From Octopus sinensis (Eukaryota), in the NCBI RefSeq assembly GCF_006345805.1, contig NC_043011.1:9486001-9550000 (forward strand): DNA of 64,000 bases, in the 5' to 3' direction. The position numbers and the translations under genes are program-made. The notes under the pieces were generated by a model. It was given only the letters and a program-made list of their open reading frames with translations, had not been told where the DNA came from and did not search any database. Positions 50,763 through 64,000 of this stretch are shown here, piece after piece; within the stretch, counting starts at the first letter, position 1, and every line of letters starts with the position of its first letter.

Positions 50763-52479
50763 AGTCATTTTAGTTCTTCTTTCATCATTGCGTTCTCTCC
50801 CGTTCACTTCTTTAATCTTGTTGCATTAGAATGGAAAGAGTGGACTTTGGTCATCCAGTGTATGAGGCACACAAACCCGTTTATGCTGGTGCCAAAATAA
50901 AATGCACCCAGCATCCTCTGTAAAGTGGGTGACAAATGAACAGAGAAAACACAGAGTCAAGGAGACATTCTAATCCTGTTTCACTGTGAAGATGGCATGC
51001 TGGTGCCAAAATGAAGTGTAGCCAGTATTCCTGGTAATGTGGTCAGACACCTTTAGCAGATTTCACTTTGTATGCATCTGGACCAAAACTACTGTCTCAG
51101 GATATATTCCTACCACCATTCTCAGAAGGCTTGTAAAGAATCAAGGCCACTGCTTATTCTGTTGACTAAAAGATTAAAAGGAAGGTCATCCAGCCATAGA
51201 AACCATCCCAAAGCTAAACATGAAACACTAGAGTGTGTAGTGCACTTGAGCATTGTAGACAATAAGTTCATCACATAAAAAATATGGTCCTCCAAGTTAT
51301 CAAAGAAGAAGACATTGGCTTTCAATGAAGACTGACATATACCATGATGACCTCTCTAACTCATGCTGGCATGGAAAGTGGATGTAAAATTATGATGTCC
51401 TACATTAACAAATAAAAACGAAACCTTGCCTCCAAGAAGCCCACACATTTTACACTGCACAAAAGCCCTTAAAATAAATCATTCACATTTCCATTCAATT
51501 ATTAGTGTAAGGAGTCCTTCCTGGCACTGAGACCTGTGGCCCCTGTGTCAATTATCGGACCTTCCAATTCACAATAAACTTATTGAGTTCTTTTTTTCTA
51601 AGAGATAGTAGTACATAGTACCCCTCTAGTTACATTGCTTGTCTCTGCATCTGTGTGTGTGTGTGAGAGAGAGTGTGTGTGAGAAAACTCAACACAGAAA
51701 ACAGTGTTGGGGAAATGACATTTTTGGAAGCCTGTAACCTTTATAATCGGGCGTCCCTTCCCCTACACCACCACCATTACAGAAGAATAATACAAAAATA
51801 GAGGGGAGGAAGTAAAATATCAAGGGGTAAACAAACAATAGACACTCCCTGTTATTGCTGCAATTATCTATGATATTGTAGATGATGATGATGATGATGA
51901 TGTGTAGACTGGTTATAAAGCCACAGGGAAATGGGGGGGATTGAAGCAGGGTAGGGGAGAGAAGGAAACATTTTTTTATTTTTTTAATGTTAGACAATTG
52001 GCACAAAATGTTTTCAATATGGTAGCTAATTTCCTTTAGTACAATCAACAAACCTATTTACAAACCACACGCACACACAACAACAACAACAGCTCTTACA
52101 TTATTTACAGTTGTTATGTTTCATTCCCGACAGAATTTGTCAAATTCTGGAGCAAAATAAACCAGGAAAGCATTGTAGGTGTCATTGATTATTGAATTAT
52201 TAAATCCACTTTGTTTCTTGTATTGAGTACTTGCCTTAAATTTGAGGTTTATTCAGTTTTTCTTTCGACATAAATTACAACTATTCCATACACACTCAAA
52301 GAGTACTTACATTGAGATATACCCAGGGTTTGTATCAGGGTATTCACATTGATGCACATGAAGCTGTCTCCAATTAGACCTGCCAATTAATATTAGTTAC
52401 TAATACACTATAACTTCTGAACTGAAATGAATTCCTATCAGAGAACTTTTTCAGTTGAAAACAAAAGAAATAATGATGG

Positions 52480-53470
52480 CTGTCTTTCAGACGATTGCAA
52501 AATAAGTGGGACAAAGCAATTAATATGGCACTCGTTCCTGTTTCTTTGTTCTTACTGCAAAACGGCAAAGAAGACCAGAGCCATGTAGCAGCCTGTTCCT
52601 CACAAGGACTACACAATGCTTGCGGTCAAAGTCACTCATCAAACTTTACTGATGTGACAGGTTCACATCAGCCCATTTTCAAGTATCGTCCACATCAGTG
52701 ATGAAATCAACAGCAGAATTTCCAAGGCTAGCATTGTCTTTCGTAGATTTCTAGATAAGGAATGGTCCCAACCTCCAAACCAAGAGGAAGGTTTACAGTG
52801 TTGCTTTCCTCTCAACTCTGCTCCATGCCAAAGAGACAAGCTATTCATCACAGCTAATTCCACAAATAAGCTAATTCCACCTGAACTGCTTCTACAAAAT
52901 GTTGCACAACAAATGATGGCAGGGTGGAGGTTGTCAATCATGTGAGATGTTGCTTAGCAGCAGCAGCACTCTCCCATTTGGGATGCAGTTGTACTGGTCA
53001 CATTGTGAAATAGGTCAGTCTTTTGCACATTGAAGAGATAGAGGGAAGTGGTTATTCTGTGGATTGCACAAATGCTTCAAGAAGACTTTCAAGATGTCCC
53101 TGGTAGAACCTTACCACTGAAAGGTGCCACAGTGTTTAACCCTTTTGTTACCAACCCGGCTAAAACCGGCTCTAGCTCTGAGTACAAATGTCTTGTTTGC
53201 ATAAGTTTTGAATTAAAATCTTCCACCAAACCTTAGTCACAATTTATGTTCCTAACACTAGCTTAAGGATAACTAAGTTATTTTACTAAATAAATTCTTT
53301 GTTATATTTAAAGTAATTGAAAGAAACACAGAGCATCTCAACAGAAATACAATAACGAAGGGGTTAAACAAGGTAGGATTAAATATGCTGAGAGAGCTAC
53401 AAAACCCCAAAGCAACCAGCATGTTAACTCAGAGCTGCAGTCCAATGCACCCAACAGGCAACTGGTTGTT
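52480..53470 (+). pseudogene. Decayed RTE/BovB-like LINE fragment interrupted by a TTAA MITE
   Basis: VHISDEINSRISKASIVF, KVYSVAFLSTLLHAKET and WTGHIV-like relics; KGATVF|KQ spans the MITE insertion. Confidence 0.65.
53140..53363. mobile_element. piggyBac-type MITE
   Basis: TTAA|CCCTTTTGTTA...TAACGAAGGGG|TTAA; TTAA at 53136-53139 and 53364-53367. Confidence 0.7.
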
Positions 53471-54688
53471 GCACTCTGACAGCGTTTGATTCCTTTGAAG
53501 TCATGATGGAGAGGAATTGATAAAATATGGTCTGAAAACTGGTGAATAACTAACGAATAAAGCTGTAAACGTTATTAATCAAGACAGTAATTAAAATATC
53601 GGAAGCACCAGAGATCTGTGCTTAACATTTCATTACCGGTGGTTGTATGGTGATTTGGGATCAAATTCTATGGAGATGCGAGACCAAGATCACAACAGAA
53701 TGATTCTGTTCAGTTGGTATATTTTGCAGCATAAGTAATGATAATGTGGTGGAGACAGAAGATGACTCAAAAGAGCTAGGTGACCAAATAGGTCTTAGGA
53801 GAAGTTTAACACAGAAGTTGTGCTTTCAAATGGTGTTGTCTGTTGCAAAATTCTGACTGTTATATCAACATCAACAACAACAAATATATATATATTCTCA
53901 TAATTGCAAAAGATGACAATAAATAAAGTTTAGGAAAATGAAAATAAGTGGAAATTTTACCAGTGAGTGTGTTGCATTATAAGACACAAAAAGAAAATGA
54001 CTCTCCCCAGACACAACAGAATATGCTTCAACACACGAACTCATATAAAGAATCTTGCAAACCAAATCCAAAAACGAAATGACAATAAACTTCTCACGAA
54101 ATGATACAGTAACCATACTGGAGAAAATGGTAATTCCTGTCATGGTAACTACTGAATCCAAAAGATAAGGAGTTTGGAATATGTCACCTCAAACAAACAC
54201 TGTATCATGTTAAATGGCTTAATCACAGTGTAATCATTTGACTTGTTAGAAATGGCAGTCAAACGTCCATATCATTTGAAGAAAAAAATGAAAGATACAT
54301 TAATGTAGTTCTGGAAAAATAAATGAGATTGGTCCACATGAAATTATCTTTGATAAAAGGTCTGATGGATCTCAGGGTTGACCCAGGTCTAAACAAGAAA
54401 ATCTTATCAAGACATAAAGTTGATATGACTATGAAAGGAGACACACACACACACATGCGCTGCAAAAGAGGAGAGAATGGTTATGAAGGATTAACAAGTA
54501 AAATTAAAAGTGATATCAAACGCAATAAGAATTTGTGTTAAGTTGTGATTTAGCAGGTGTAAATAGGTTTGCACTTCATATAGAAGTCACACACACACAC
54601 ACACACACACAATGTTTGTTTTTGCAAGATTCCTAATGTGAAATAATAAATAAAATGACCATTCCGAAATACAACAATATATATATAT

Positions 54689-54870
54689 TCTTTTACTTGT
54701 TTCAGTTATTTTGACTGTGGCCATGCTGGAGCACTGCATTTAGTCGAGCAAATCAACCCCAAAACTTATTCTTTTGTAAGCCTAGTACTTATTCTATCGG
54801 TCTCTTTTGCTGAACAGCTAAGTTACAGGGACATAACACACCAGCATCAGTTGTCAAGCTATGTTGGGAC
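54689..54870 (-). mobile_element. CORE-type SINE 3' half
   Basis: Reverse complement of 60240-60420. Confidence 0.85.
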
Positions 54871-54891
54871 ACACACACACACACATATCTA

Positions 54892-54929
<38 letters not shown>

Positions 54930-55400
54930 AATTATATACTATTTATTATTTAGTACTTTATTTAGTTCTAGGTAAATGTTTTATCGTATCTTTAATTTTT
55001 TCCCATTTGGTGTGATTTCAGTCCATCATTGTTGAATTGCTTCATGGTTCTTCACTAATTCATAGACAAGGACTAATATTGAACTCTAAAAGCATAAAGA
55101 CTCTACAATGTATCGGTATACTTATTTATTAATTTTTGTATATATGTATTATTATTTATCTGAAAAAAAAACATTGTAAATTTCTTTTTTCCCCTTCCTC
55201 AATTTAAAAAAAAAATTTTTCCCTTCCAAATCTTGAAAATTTGCCTTGCAATGAAAGCCTGTTTAATTTCTTTTTTCTTTTTAATGTTTCATACACCCAT
55301 TTTTATTAAAATTTACTTTCAATTTAGCATTCTGCCTTATTATTTTTTCCTCTCCTATCATTTCTCCACGTGCAGTTAACACAACCCCACCATTTACTGA

Positions 55401-55438
<38 letters not shown>

Positions 55439-55719
55439 TAGATAGATAGATAGATAGATAGCTATGCATGTACATATATAGAGCTATTTGTGCTGGAAGT
55501 GGGTTCAGTGCTGTGCAACAGTGGTCGACCAACTCAAAACAAATTCATGCAGAAGGACTTCTTGAATTCTTGATTCTAAGAAGTGATCTTCCTCGGTCAC
55601 AACTTGCCTTCCGCCATATATGTATATGAACATGACTAATGTGTTAGTCATATCATACATTCCCATTGAATGTTCCACAGAATTCTGTCATGGATAAAAA
55701 ATGGGCTTTCAATTCTCAG

Positions 55720-56260
55720 TAACATGAAGGGAAGTTTTCTATCTTTGTTACTTCCTCATCCTTGTCTGTGTGTCTGATGAAGAAGAGTCTCCTGCTGGGG
55801 AAACTCCATTTGTAAAATAGTGGAATGGTGCTGTACAGAGAAATTGAAGTTAGGAAGTCAGTTAGAATAACATAAATGATCCCAGAATTTAGGAGAAAAA
55901 GAGAGGAATTGATAAGAGTGAGCCAGGGAGGCAGGCTGCAATCGAAGGTAGAAGTAAAGAACCTAATCAGATATAAAGAGGAAATGACAATGATGATGGT
56001 TGTCATTTTTATCACATCTAAAGGAAGGGAAAACTGTGTTGAGGTGGAGAAAGAAAATTTGGAAAGCTCGGTCATTGTTGTATGTGAATGAAAGCAGAAC
56101 TGAGGAGAGAGCAGCTCTGGAAACCAACAGCATGGCTCGAAGATTCCAATGATGAACACAAGAGTAAAAAATGGCACAAAGTAAGCAACACAGGACATTT
56201 ACTCTAAGGAGAGGATGACTGTCCAGTTTGTAACAGGTTCCTGCAATGGCCTCCACTTTA
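55720..56260 (-). pseudogene. Decayed CR1-like RT fragment
   Basis: LLSPQFCFHSHTT..FSLPLDVIK resembles LLSDRQYGFR..FAVSLDISK. Confidence 0.4.
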
Positions 56261-56661
56261 GACCCAAACTGGTTTACACAAGTTGAATACCTGGTGAACG
56301 CTCATCCCCAGCCATGAGCAATTGCCAACTATACTTACTGGTACACACACACACACACACACTGTCCTGTTGTTTGTATTTGTAATTGTGTACCATTTCT
56401 CCATTTTTTACATCCATGTTTTTGTATACATTCACTTGCTTTTTTCCAAAGAATCTAGTGCCCTTAGCTTAGATTTTCTTGGGACTGGCCAGATTGTGTG
56501 TAACCAGCAGTCTTGAGTGTAACCAGCCAAAACTGCAACTGATGATAGAAAGCTCTGAATGACCCATCCTTGTTTTTTCCTGTCCTTTTTTTGTATCGTC
56601 TGTCTGGATGTTTTGTTCTTGTTCTATTTATTGTTTTGTTCTTTTTATTTATACACACATA

Positions 56662-56719
<58 letters not shown>

Positions 56720-56821
56720 TATACAAGTGAGTAGACAATGAAAGAAGGGCACTTTATACATTTATAGGGAGTTACCTGTATATATATATAAATAGTCTCA
56801 CTCTCTTTCTCTCTACACACA

Positions 56822-57042
56822 TGTAAGTAGGTACTGAAATGTTCCTGGTTTTAAGGGCATTGTAGAAGGCCTGGTTTGAGGCCCAACCTTCTGAGTTCTT
56901 TTACAGGGCTTAGAAAAGCTGAAGGAGCGCTGTAATAAGTGTGTGAATCTGAGAGGGGAATATGTTGAATAAAATCATAATTAACTGATCCTCCTCTATT
57001 TTCTTTTTCCCAAAGCCAGGAACTTTGCAGCGACCCCTCATA
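56822..57042 (+). mobile_element. Mariner-derived MITE
   Basis: TIRs ..ctgaaatgttcctggtt / aagccaggaactttgcagcgacccctca|ta; retains transposase C-terminus QGLEKLKERCNKCVNLRGEYVE*. Confidence 0.8.
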
Positions 57043-57064
57043 TATATACACACATATATATATG

Positions 57065-58362
57065 TCATTACCATCATCACTTAACATCCATTTTCCATGC
57101 TGGCATGGGTTGAACAGTTTGATCAAAGCTTACAAGGCTAGGGGCTGCACCAGACTCCATTGTCTGCTCTGACATGGTTTCTATAACTGGATGCCCTTCC
57201 TAACACTAGATCACCCCACAGAGTGTACTGGCTGCTTTTTTACATGGCACCAGCACCAGTGCTTTTAACGTGTCACCGGCACTGGTATCAATTGTCATTT
57301 CTTTATTGCCCACAAGGGGCTAAAAATAGAGGGGACAAACAAGGACAGACAAAGGGATTAAGTCGATTACATCGACCCCCAGTGCATAACTGGTACTTAA
57401 TTTATCAACCCCAAAAGGATGAAAGGCAAAGTTAACCTCAGCAGAATTTGAACTCAGAACTTAACGGCAGACGAAATACTGCTAAGTAATTCACCCGGTG
57501 TGTTAATGTTTCTGCCAGCTCACCACACTGGTATCAATTCTGGTGTAGTGGATGGGTCTTCTTGAGTACAGTAAGGCACTAGATATCTTGGTCCTTTGTC
57601 ATCTCCTTCGTAAGTTTCAGTGCTTTGAGTTTGGCCTTCAACACTTCATCCCATACCTTCATGGGTCTCCCGCTTCCACAAGTGATCAGCACTTCTGTAT
57701 GCAATTGTCTACATCCACCCACATCCCATGACTAAACCAGTGCAGTCTTCTCATACCCAACTTTTCGGTCAATACACTTTCGCTCTGTCTTACATGTACA
57801 CTGACATGACACATCCAGCAGAGCATACTAGCTTCATTCCATGTCTTCTGCATTCAGGGCCCATGTTTCACTACCATGTAGCATTGTTGTTCATATATAT
57901 ATATATGCCCCATACACAGTTCCTTTCACTTGGAGAAGGAAACCTTTGGTTGTCAAAAGAGGTAAAAGTTCTCTATATTTTCTCCATCCTATTCATATTC
58001 TGGTGATTACACTTTCTCTGCAGCCTCCCCCACGGCTAAATAGGTAACAGAAATTATCCACTATCTCAAAAAAAGGCTCCAGAGCATTTAAGAAGATCAA
58101 TTTCCCATCTATCTGTAGTTTTTATGGCTCCTGCACGTCTTTCACATATGGTCATGACCTTCTCTGACAACATTCCTATTATTCCACTGCACCTCTTGTG
58201 CATGCATAGCTCACACTGCGCACACTGTATAGAATTCCTGGCTACGCCTTTTCGACATGTCAAGCACGGCTGTTTACCTGATGGAGGAAGGGTCCTGTCT
58301 GTTTTCTTGCTCACTAGAACCTTAGTCTTTGCTAAATTAACCTTAAGGCCCTTTTATTCCAG
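57065..58362 (-). mobile_element. Fragmented RTE LINE (Cys-rich domain, C-terminus, 3' UTR) with nested SINE
   Basis: LRVNLAKTK-like..SGKQPCLTCRKGVARNSIQCAQC..HKRC (58060-58362), MLHGSETWALN (57850-57885), WDEV-like C-terminus, GAT tail at 57065. Confidence 0.85.
57294..57525 (-). mobile_element. SINE family B monomer (alternative tail) with 14-bp TSD
   Basis: cactggtatcaatt at 57280-57293 and 57526-57539. Confidence 0.9.
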
Positions 58363-59479
58363 TCTCACTCACACACACAACATATACACACATGCAGATA
58401 TATGTATATATATATATACATACACACATACATACATATATATATATATGTGGGGGGGGGTATATATGCACACACGTGGGGAAATGCATCTTAAGTGAAT
58501 GTCTTTTACTACAGTGCCAGACTGACCAACGTCCTGTGAGTGAATTTGGTAGAAGGAAACTACACGAAGCTGGTTAGTCGTTCATGTGTGTGTGTGTGTG
58601 TATTTACATTTGTGCTTTTCTGCAAATGGCGGCGAAGATGGTGTTATTTCCCATCAACAAAGCACCTGTTGGCTCTTTTGATGAGGGAGGCCTTCTTACT
58701 TGGAAAAGAGGCAAGTTTTTACAATAGAAACTGTCTCTGGTCATAGAACAATGCCTGAATAATTCATATCCAAACCAGTCTGGAAAATGCAATGTAAAAA
58801 CATAGATGCAAGTGTGCCTGTTCTTTTCCAACTTGAAGTCCCTTGTTCTTTGGCTCCTTTCCATCCAGTTGTGTGGGAAAGAAAAGAATACATGGAAACA
58901 GTAGAAAACAAAGGGGACTTGTTTTTTGGTCAGGGACACGATGATCCTCTGGTACTCATGAAGTAAAAATGGAGGCAATGTGAGGCAAAGAGGACTTGTT
59001 AATTTTAGTGGAATCAAAGCAGCCTTCCTGCTTTTGGTATTATAATCACGTTCTTCCAACACAACGTGTATCCTGGTTGACAACAGCAAAGACTTGTAAC
59101 CATAGAAACAAAAAATGAAATGTACAATCAAGAAGTGTGCCTAGGTTCAGCTAGGAGTGTAGTACATTTAAATATAAACTGACTATGAAGACCCATCAAT
59201 CTCTTGCATAGATACAAAAAAGGTAAAATGATGGTGGTTATAGACTTTCTTTTGTTCATTTTATTTCTTTTTCCATGCTTGCATGGGTTAGATGAGTATA
59301 TTATTGTGGTACAGTTTTACAGCTGGATGCCCTTCTTGCCTTAGAAAGTGCAGAGCAAATGGATGATCTGTTGACAGGGAAATAACAATGTCACTGCTTG
59401 CAGTTCATTGATGCAAACATAATTTGTTTTTTTGATTTCTGACTCAGTACAATATGTATGTGTGTGTGTGTATATATAT

Positions 59480-59510
<31 letters not shown>

Positions 59511-60010
59511 TATGTATACATGTGTGTGTGTGTTTGTGTGTATACTCACGCACACGCATACAATGAAATTAAGAGATATTGTATTATATAAGGACATAAT
59601 TACCATGGCCGGACACATACATGATTGGCAAGGATAAGAGAGATAAACAAGGCTATATATTACAGATGAGATTAACAGCTATTTATCCTCTGTAATGCTG
59701 CTTGCCTTCTGGCACAAACTAGTTTCAATTGAAGGAATGCACTGGGTTCACAGTGGCAGGGTATGGGGGGAAAGATGTGCCCTAGATTTTGAACCATGTA
59801 CACGGGCTGGCAAATATCTATCGATACACACGCACACACAAATATATATATATATTATTTTGTGCATGAGAAAGTGGACATGTATGTACATTTCATATAT
59901 CTATAATGTATACACACACACAATGTATGTGTGTGGTTGTGTGGAAGAGATCTGTTTGTATGCACATACATACTTTCATTCGTATATATATATATACATG
60001 TTATATATAT

Positions 60011-60180
60011 GCGCAGGAGTGGCTGTGTGGTAAGTAGATTGTTTACCAACCACATGGTTCCGGGTTCAGTCCCACTGCATGGCACCTTGTGCAAGTGTCT
60101 TCTACTATAGCCTCGGGCCGACCAAAGCCTTGTGAGTGGATTTGGTAGACGGAAACTGAAAGAAGCCTGTCATATATATA

Positions 60181-60215
<35 letters not shown>

Positions 60216-60420
60216 CGTGTGTGTGTTTGTGTTTGTCTCCCCAACATCGCTTGACAACCGATGCTGGTGTGTTCATGTCCCTGTTACTTAGCGGTTCGGC
60301 AAAAGAGACCGATAGAATAAGTACTGGGCTTACAAAAGAATAAGTCCCGGGGTCGAGCTGCTCGATTAACGGCAGTGCTCCAGCATGGCCGCAGACAAAT
60401 AACTGAAACAAGTAAAAGAG
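60011..60420 (+). mobile_element. Well-preserved CORE-type tRNA SINE with internal (TA)n(TG)n
   Basis: A-box-like tggctgtgtgg, B-box-like ggttcagtccc, CORE-like ggcaccttgtgcaagtgtc, tail ctccagcatggccgcag..gaaacaagtaaaagag. Confidence 0.9.
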
Positions 60421-60429
60421 AGTGTATAT

Positions 60430-60475
<46 letters not shown>

Positions 60476-61549
60476 AATAATGGGGCGAGTCTGAATGAAA
60501 TCCAACACCCAAACAGTCACAGACACAATATATTGTGACTGAAAATATAAAATATGACCACCACTCTGAATACCACCACAAACACCAAACAACCCTACAC
60601 TGCATCACAGCTACATACTGCCACTACACTACACTGTACCACCACATGCTTCTACTGTATACCATACTGGCACCAACACTCCATTGAGAGACCCCCCCAC
60701 CACCACCACCACCACTACATACCACCAGAATTCTGTAAAATATTATTTGCTATGGCCTGATGAATAATTATGGATCTTGTTTATTGACAGGCTTGTGAGC
60801 CGGTGGCGGGGGGGGGAGATCTCTTTTATTGACATCCATGTGTTCAATAGAAGAGAGAAATGGTAACATTGCTTCCTCCTCCTCCTCCTCCTCCTTCTAC
60901 TCCACTCCCTAGATCACCCCTCCCCCTCCTTCAGCAGCCATTCCTGATTTATTAACATGACTCAACAGACATTCTGGGACACCATGGAACAGAGGTGGTG
61001 GTGGGGTGCATTAGTCTTTTGTACATGTGTCTGTGTGTCTGTAGAAATGTGGAGTGGGGGAAGGGTTGTTTTCCATTTTACCATCCTCTCCAGTTCTCCA
61101 TATATTTTTTCTACCCTCCACCTCTACTGATGGTTGTTATTTTTATGTGAACTCATTATTGGTGATGGGGTGGTGGGGAATAAAAAGACCCCACCAACTG
61201 GAAAGGGTGGAGAGTGGGGTGACAGTTTTAGATTTTTTTTTTTCTTGTGGATTATTCCCTTATTTCTAGTTATTTTGAACCTTTGTTGTTGCTTTTAGAG
61301 ATATGTTCACACACACACGCACACTCCCTAACTTATGGCCACCCACAGTTATGACCCTGTGTTAAAAAAAATTCCAGATATTCTTACGTACTGTTTGTCA
61401 GTTTTCTCCAAACAGCAGCGTTGTGTTTTATTCTTGCCATTATATTTCTACTTCGTTAGCAAATATTGCAATATTCTGCAAAAGCTTCTACAGACTTATT
61501 GTTGCAAGAGTTGCCATGAGAAATGTAAATTCCTCCATCTGCCAAACTA

Positions 61550-61930
61550 CCAAAGAAGAATCAACAAAAGTCATCTGATATGGAAATTAAAATGAGAATA
61601 ATTAGCCAACATGAAGGAAAACGAAAATTAAATCAATCACATGTGAAAGTGTTTCCTCATAATGATTTCCAGGATTCCAAAGAAGAAGGAAAGAACATTG
61701 CAGAATGTTTGGTCAACAAAGAAACAACATGACAATCTCCAGGAAATAAAGAAATTATTGGAACCATCAATGGAAACCCTAATGAAACAATTTGTAGCCA
61801 TAAGGGCACAATACCAAATATATCTTGAAGAATTTGAGACTCTAAAGAAACAAAAAGGCAACTACAAGCAATCATTGCTTTAAACACTTCAGAATAAATA
61901 CCATCTACAAATCAGAGATAACAAAATAAG
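61550..61930 (+). pseudogene. Tigger/pogo transposase N-terminal relic (CENP-B-type HTH domains)
   Basis: PKKNQQKSSDMEIKMRIISQHEG then, in a shifted frame, ISRIPKKKER..STKKQHDNLQEIKKLL..FETLKKQKGNYKQ..KYHLQ; frameshift and stop. Confidence 0.65.
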
Positions 61931-62696
61931 ACACTGGCAATTACGTAATTATATTGCAATGTGCAGTAAGTACTTATGTACCGGTATGGTGTGGTTACAT
62001 GAAAATAAGGCCCTAAGATGTGAAGAACTGAGGGAATTGTAGGAGTTGGATGTCCATGGTTTGAGGCCAGATCTACAATGGTTTTATGTGGCTGGCACTG
62101 GCCTTAAGAAGGAGAGCAGTGTTATTGGAGAGAGAAGTAAAAAATACTTCAGCATGGATATAGCAGAAATATGAGAAGAGCAAAATCTGTGAGTGAAGAA
62201 CCAATTCTCAAAGAGGAATGGTTACAGCTGCACCTAGTTTCAGGAGAAGGTTAATTAAATCTTGTGACCTCTTTCAGTGTAGCCATCTCTCTATTTCCCT
62301 GCTCTAATGGACTCTGTGCAAGGAGCTATGACACCTCTGGTTCACTGTCCCAGCCAACTTTGTGTAAAGAGCTATGACTTCCCTGGTTCACTGCCTCAAC
62401 TATTTCCCAACATACCAACAGCCTTACACTTTCACCTTCAGTGGTCAGATTTTGTCGAGGTTGATTCTACCTTCACTCTCAGCATTCTAATACTGCAATT
62501 GAGTTAATCAATGTTTTGCTATCAACAGATGTAAGGTAAATGCTCCAGTGTGCATATCCTTAAAAGGGGTTTCCTATCTGGAGTGACTGAAACGTACTCT
62601 ATAAGGGATTTTTGCTTTATGGAGTGTATACTAAAAGGAGTATAAAACTACAAAGAGTACACAGCATAACTGAGTGCATGCGTTACCATGGGTCGT

Positions 62697-62850
62697 CATC
62701 ATCATCATCCTTTAACATCCATTTTCCATGCTGACATGGGCTGGAAAGTTTGACCAGAATTGGAACTGTGACATGCTCAGTTGTCTGATATGACAGAATT
62801 TCTTCAACAGGATGCCTTTCCTAATGCCAACCAAGTGCATGCTGCTTTTT
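62697..62850 (-). mobile_element. Old RTE 3' UTR fragment
   Basis: catcatcatcctttaacatccattttccatgctgacatggg...ggatgcctttcctaatgccaacc. Confidence 0.7.
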
Positions 62851-64000
62851 TTCATGATAATGGCATTTATGAGATTAGCAAGTAACTTCAAAGAAAAGAA
62901 AAATCAACAGAGTGGGAGCATATTTGAGACCTGGGGCGGGTGGGTGGCTTTTTGCCAGGTGTTAAAAGGGACAAGCACAGGTATCTTGCTACAGAGGAGA
63001 TACATCACTATAAAGCAAATATGCTACAAAGTGCCATCCCCAAAATTACATATCACAAGGCGTGCTACTATGACTGAATGGTTGAGTAGTTTCACATGGA
63101 AACTCCTGTCCCATCAGTTTCAATCCCTGTGCACAGCATCTTAAGCAAATATCTGACATCAACATTTAGTTCCAAAATAATGATTTCCAATCTTTACTAA
63201 ACAATATATTGAACCCAAAGGAATATTTTGCAGGAAGTTAAATACCAGGGAGGGATTATTTTGGTTACAATATATTACTGGTACTCACTTTCTTGACAGC
63301 AATCACAAGGTTCTCTGAGAGGGTTTTACCTTATATATGTAATTTTACACCAATCTACTCAAGTTTACTATGCTTCTCAATTAAAGAGATAGAAATATTT
63401 TGGTCAGATATAAAAGTTATGGTCATCAGAATTTCAATCTCTGCCAAACTTTTCTGAATCTCAAAAGAGAAAGAATTCTTGAAGAGTTTGGCTCTTAATT
63501 GTTTCTAAAACAGAACTGATAAAAGTTGTCTTGGGAGAAATGAAAACATACAGAAGCACTAAAGCTGGTGGAGCGATTAGTTGTGTCTCTCCTGCATAAA
63601 ATCCCTTTCTGCCAAAATGTGTGATGTAGCAGATCAACACTTGGATATCGATAAAATGAATGCCATCCTGAAACACTGAGGCTGGTCTCATTGATCTAAA
63701 ACACTTGAGCTTCTCCAGTGTGGCTGTGCTTTTAATGAGTGGAATCTGTAAAAAGGTCTGTCACATTGGTCAATGTATGTGCATGTGTGTGAGTGTGTGT
63801 GTGTGTGTGTGTGGTCAGTTTAATAACAGTACAATATATTTCATTACTCCAGTTTGGTCTTGACTAAAGCAACTAAAATTAAATTCCAAAAGAACACTGT
63901 ACAGGTTGTATACACACACTCTCACACATATACACATTCATGCTCATACATGTATACATTGTCATACATACATTCATGAGCACAAACACAAATATAAAAA

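Noticed and set aside
55774-55804. CTGATGA...GAAAC
   Set aside because: No stem II and no NUH triplet; it lies in a decayed LINE.
58604-59131. 175-aa minus-strand ORF
   Set aside because: No recognisable domain; at most a faint resemblance to a Penelope RT N-terminus, too weak to call.
60750-60970. Cluster of TGATTTAT, TGACTCA and TGACAG motifs
   Set aside because: Short motifs in AT-rich DNA with no independent support.
61550-61930. Domesticated CENP-B/TIGD-like gene
   Set aside because: Frameshift between the HTH segments, a stop at 61883 and no DDE domain; it is a relic.

Overview
AT-rich eukaryotic DNA saturated with microsatellites. The repeat families (GAT-tailed RTE LINE 3' ends, tRNA/CORE-type SINEs, AAT-tailed SINEs) look like those of a coleoid cephalopod, probably Octopus; this is inferred from memory of repeat motifs, not from a search. 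I recognise no host protein-coding exon, RNA gene or CRISPR array, and no intact autonomous transposon. The window reads as a long intron or intergenic region built from decayed elements: several RTE-clade LINE copies (two families), an R4/Dong-type RLE LINE end, an L1/Tx1-like end, CR1-like and Penelope-like relics, a mariner relic and MITE, a piggyBac-type TTAA MITE, a non-autonomous Helitron, a Tigger/pogo relic and many SINEs. Almost all ORFs in the supplied track are microsatellite or TE artefacts. The best leads are: (1) four minimal type-I hammerhead-ribozyme-like motifs from three unrelated repeat families, none with the catalytic G12, including a tRNA-headed element present as an inverted pair at 11.6-12.1 kb; (2) a textbook recursive-splice (ratchet-point) motif on the minus strand at 21736; (3) three perfect RFX X-box motifs in unique sequence; (4) an RTE 3' UTR built from variable numbers of ~63-bp double-hairpin modules. 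All alignments were done by eye and need computational confirmation.
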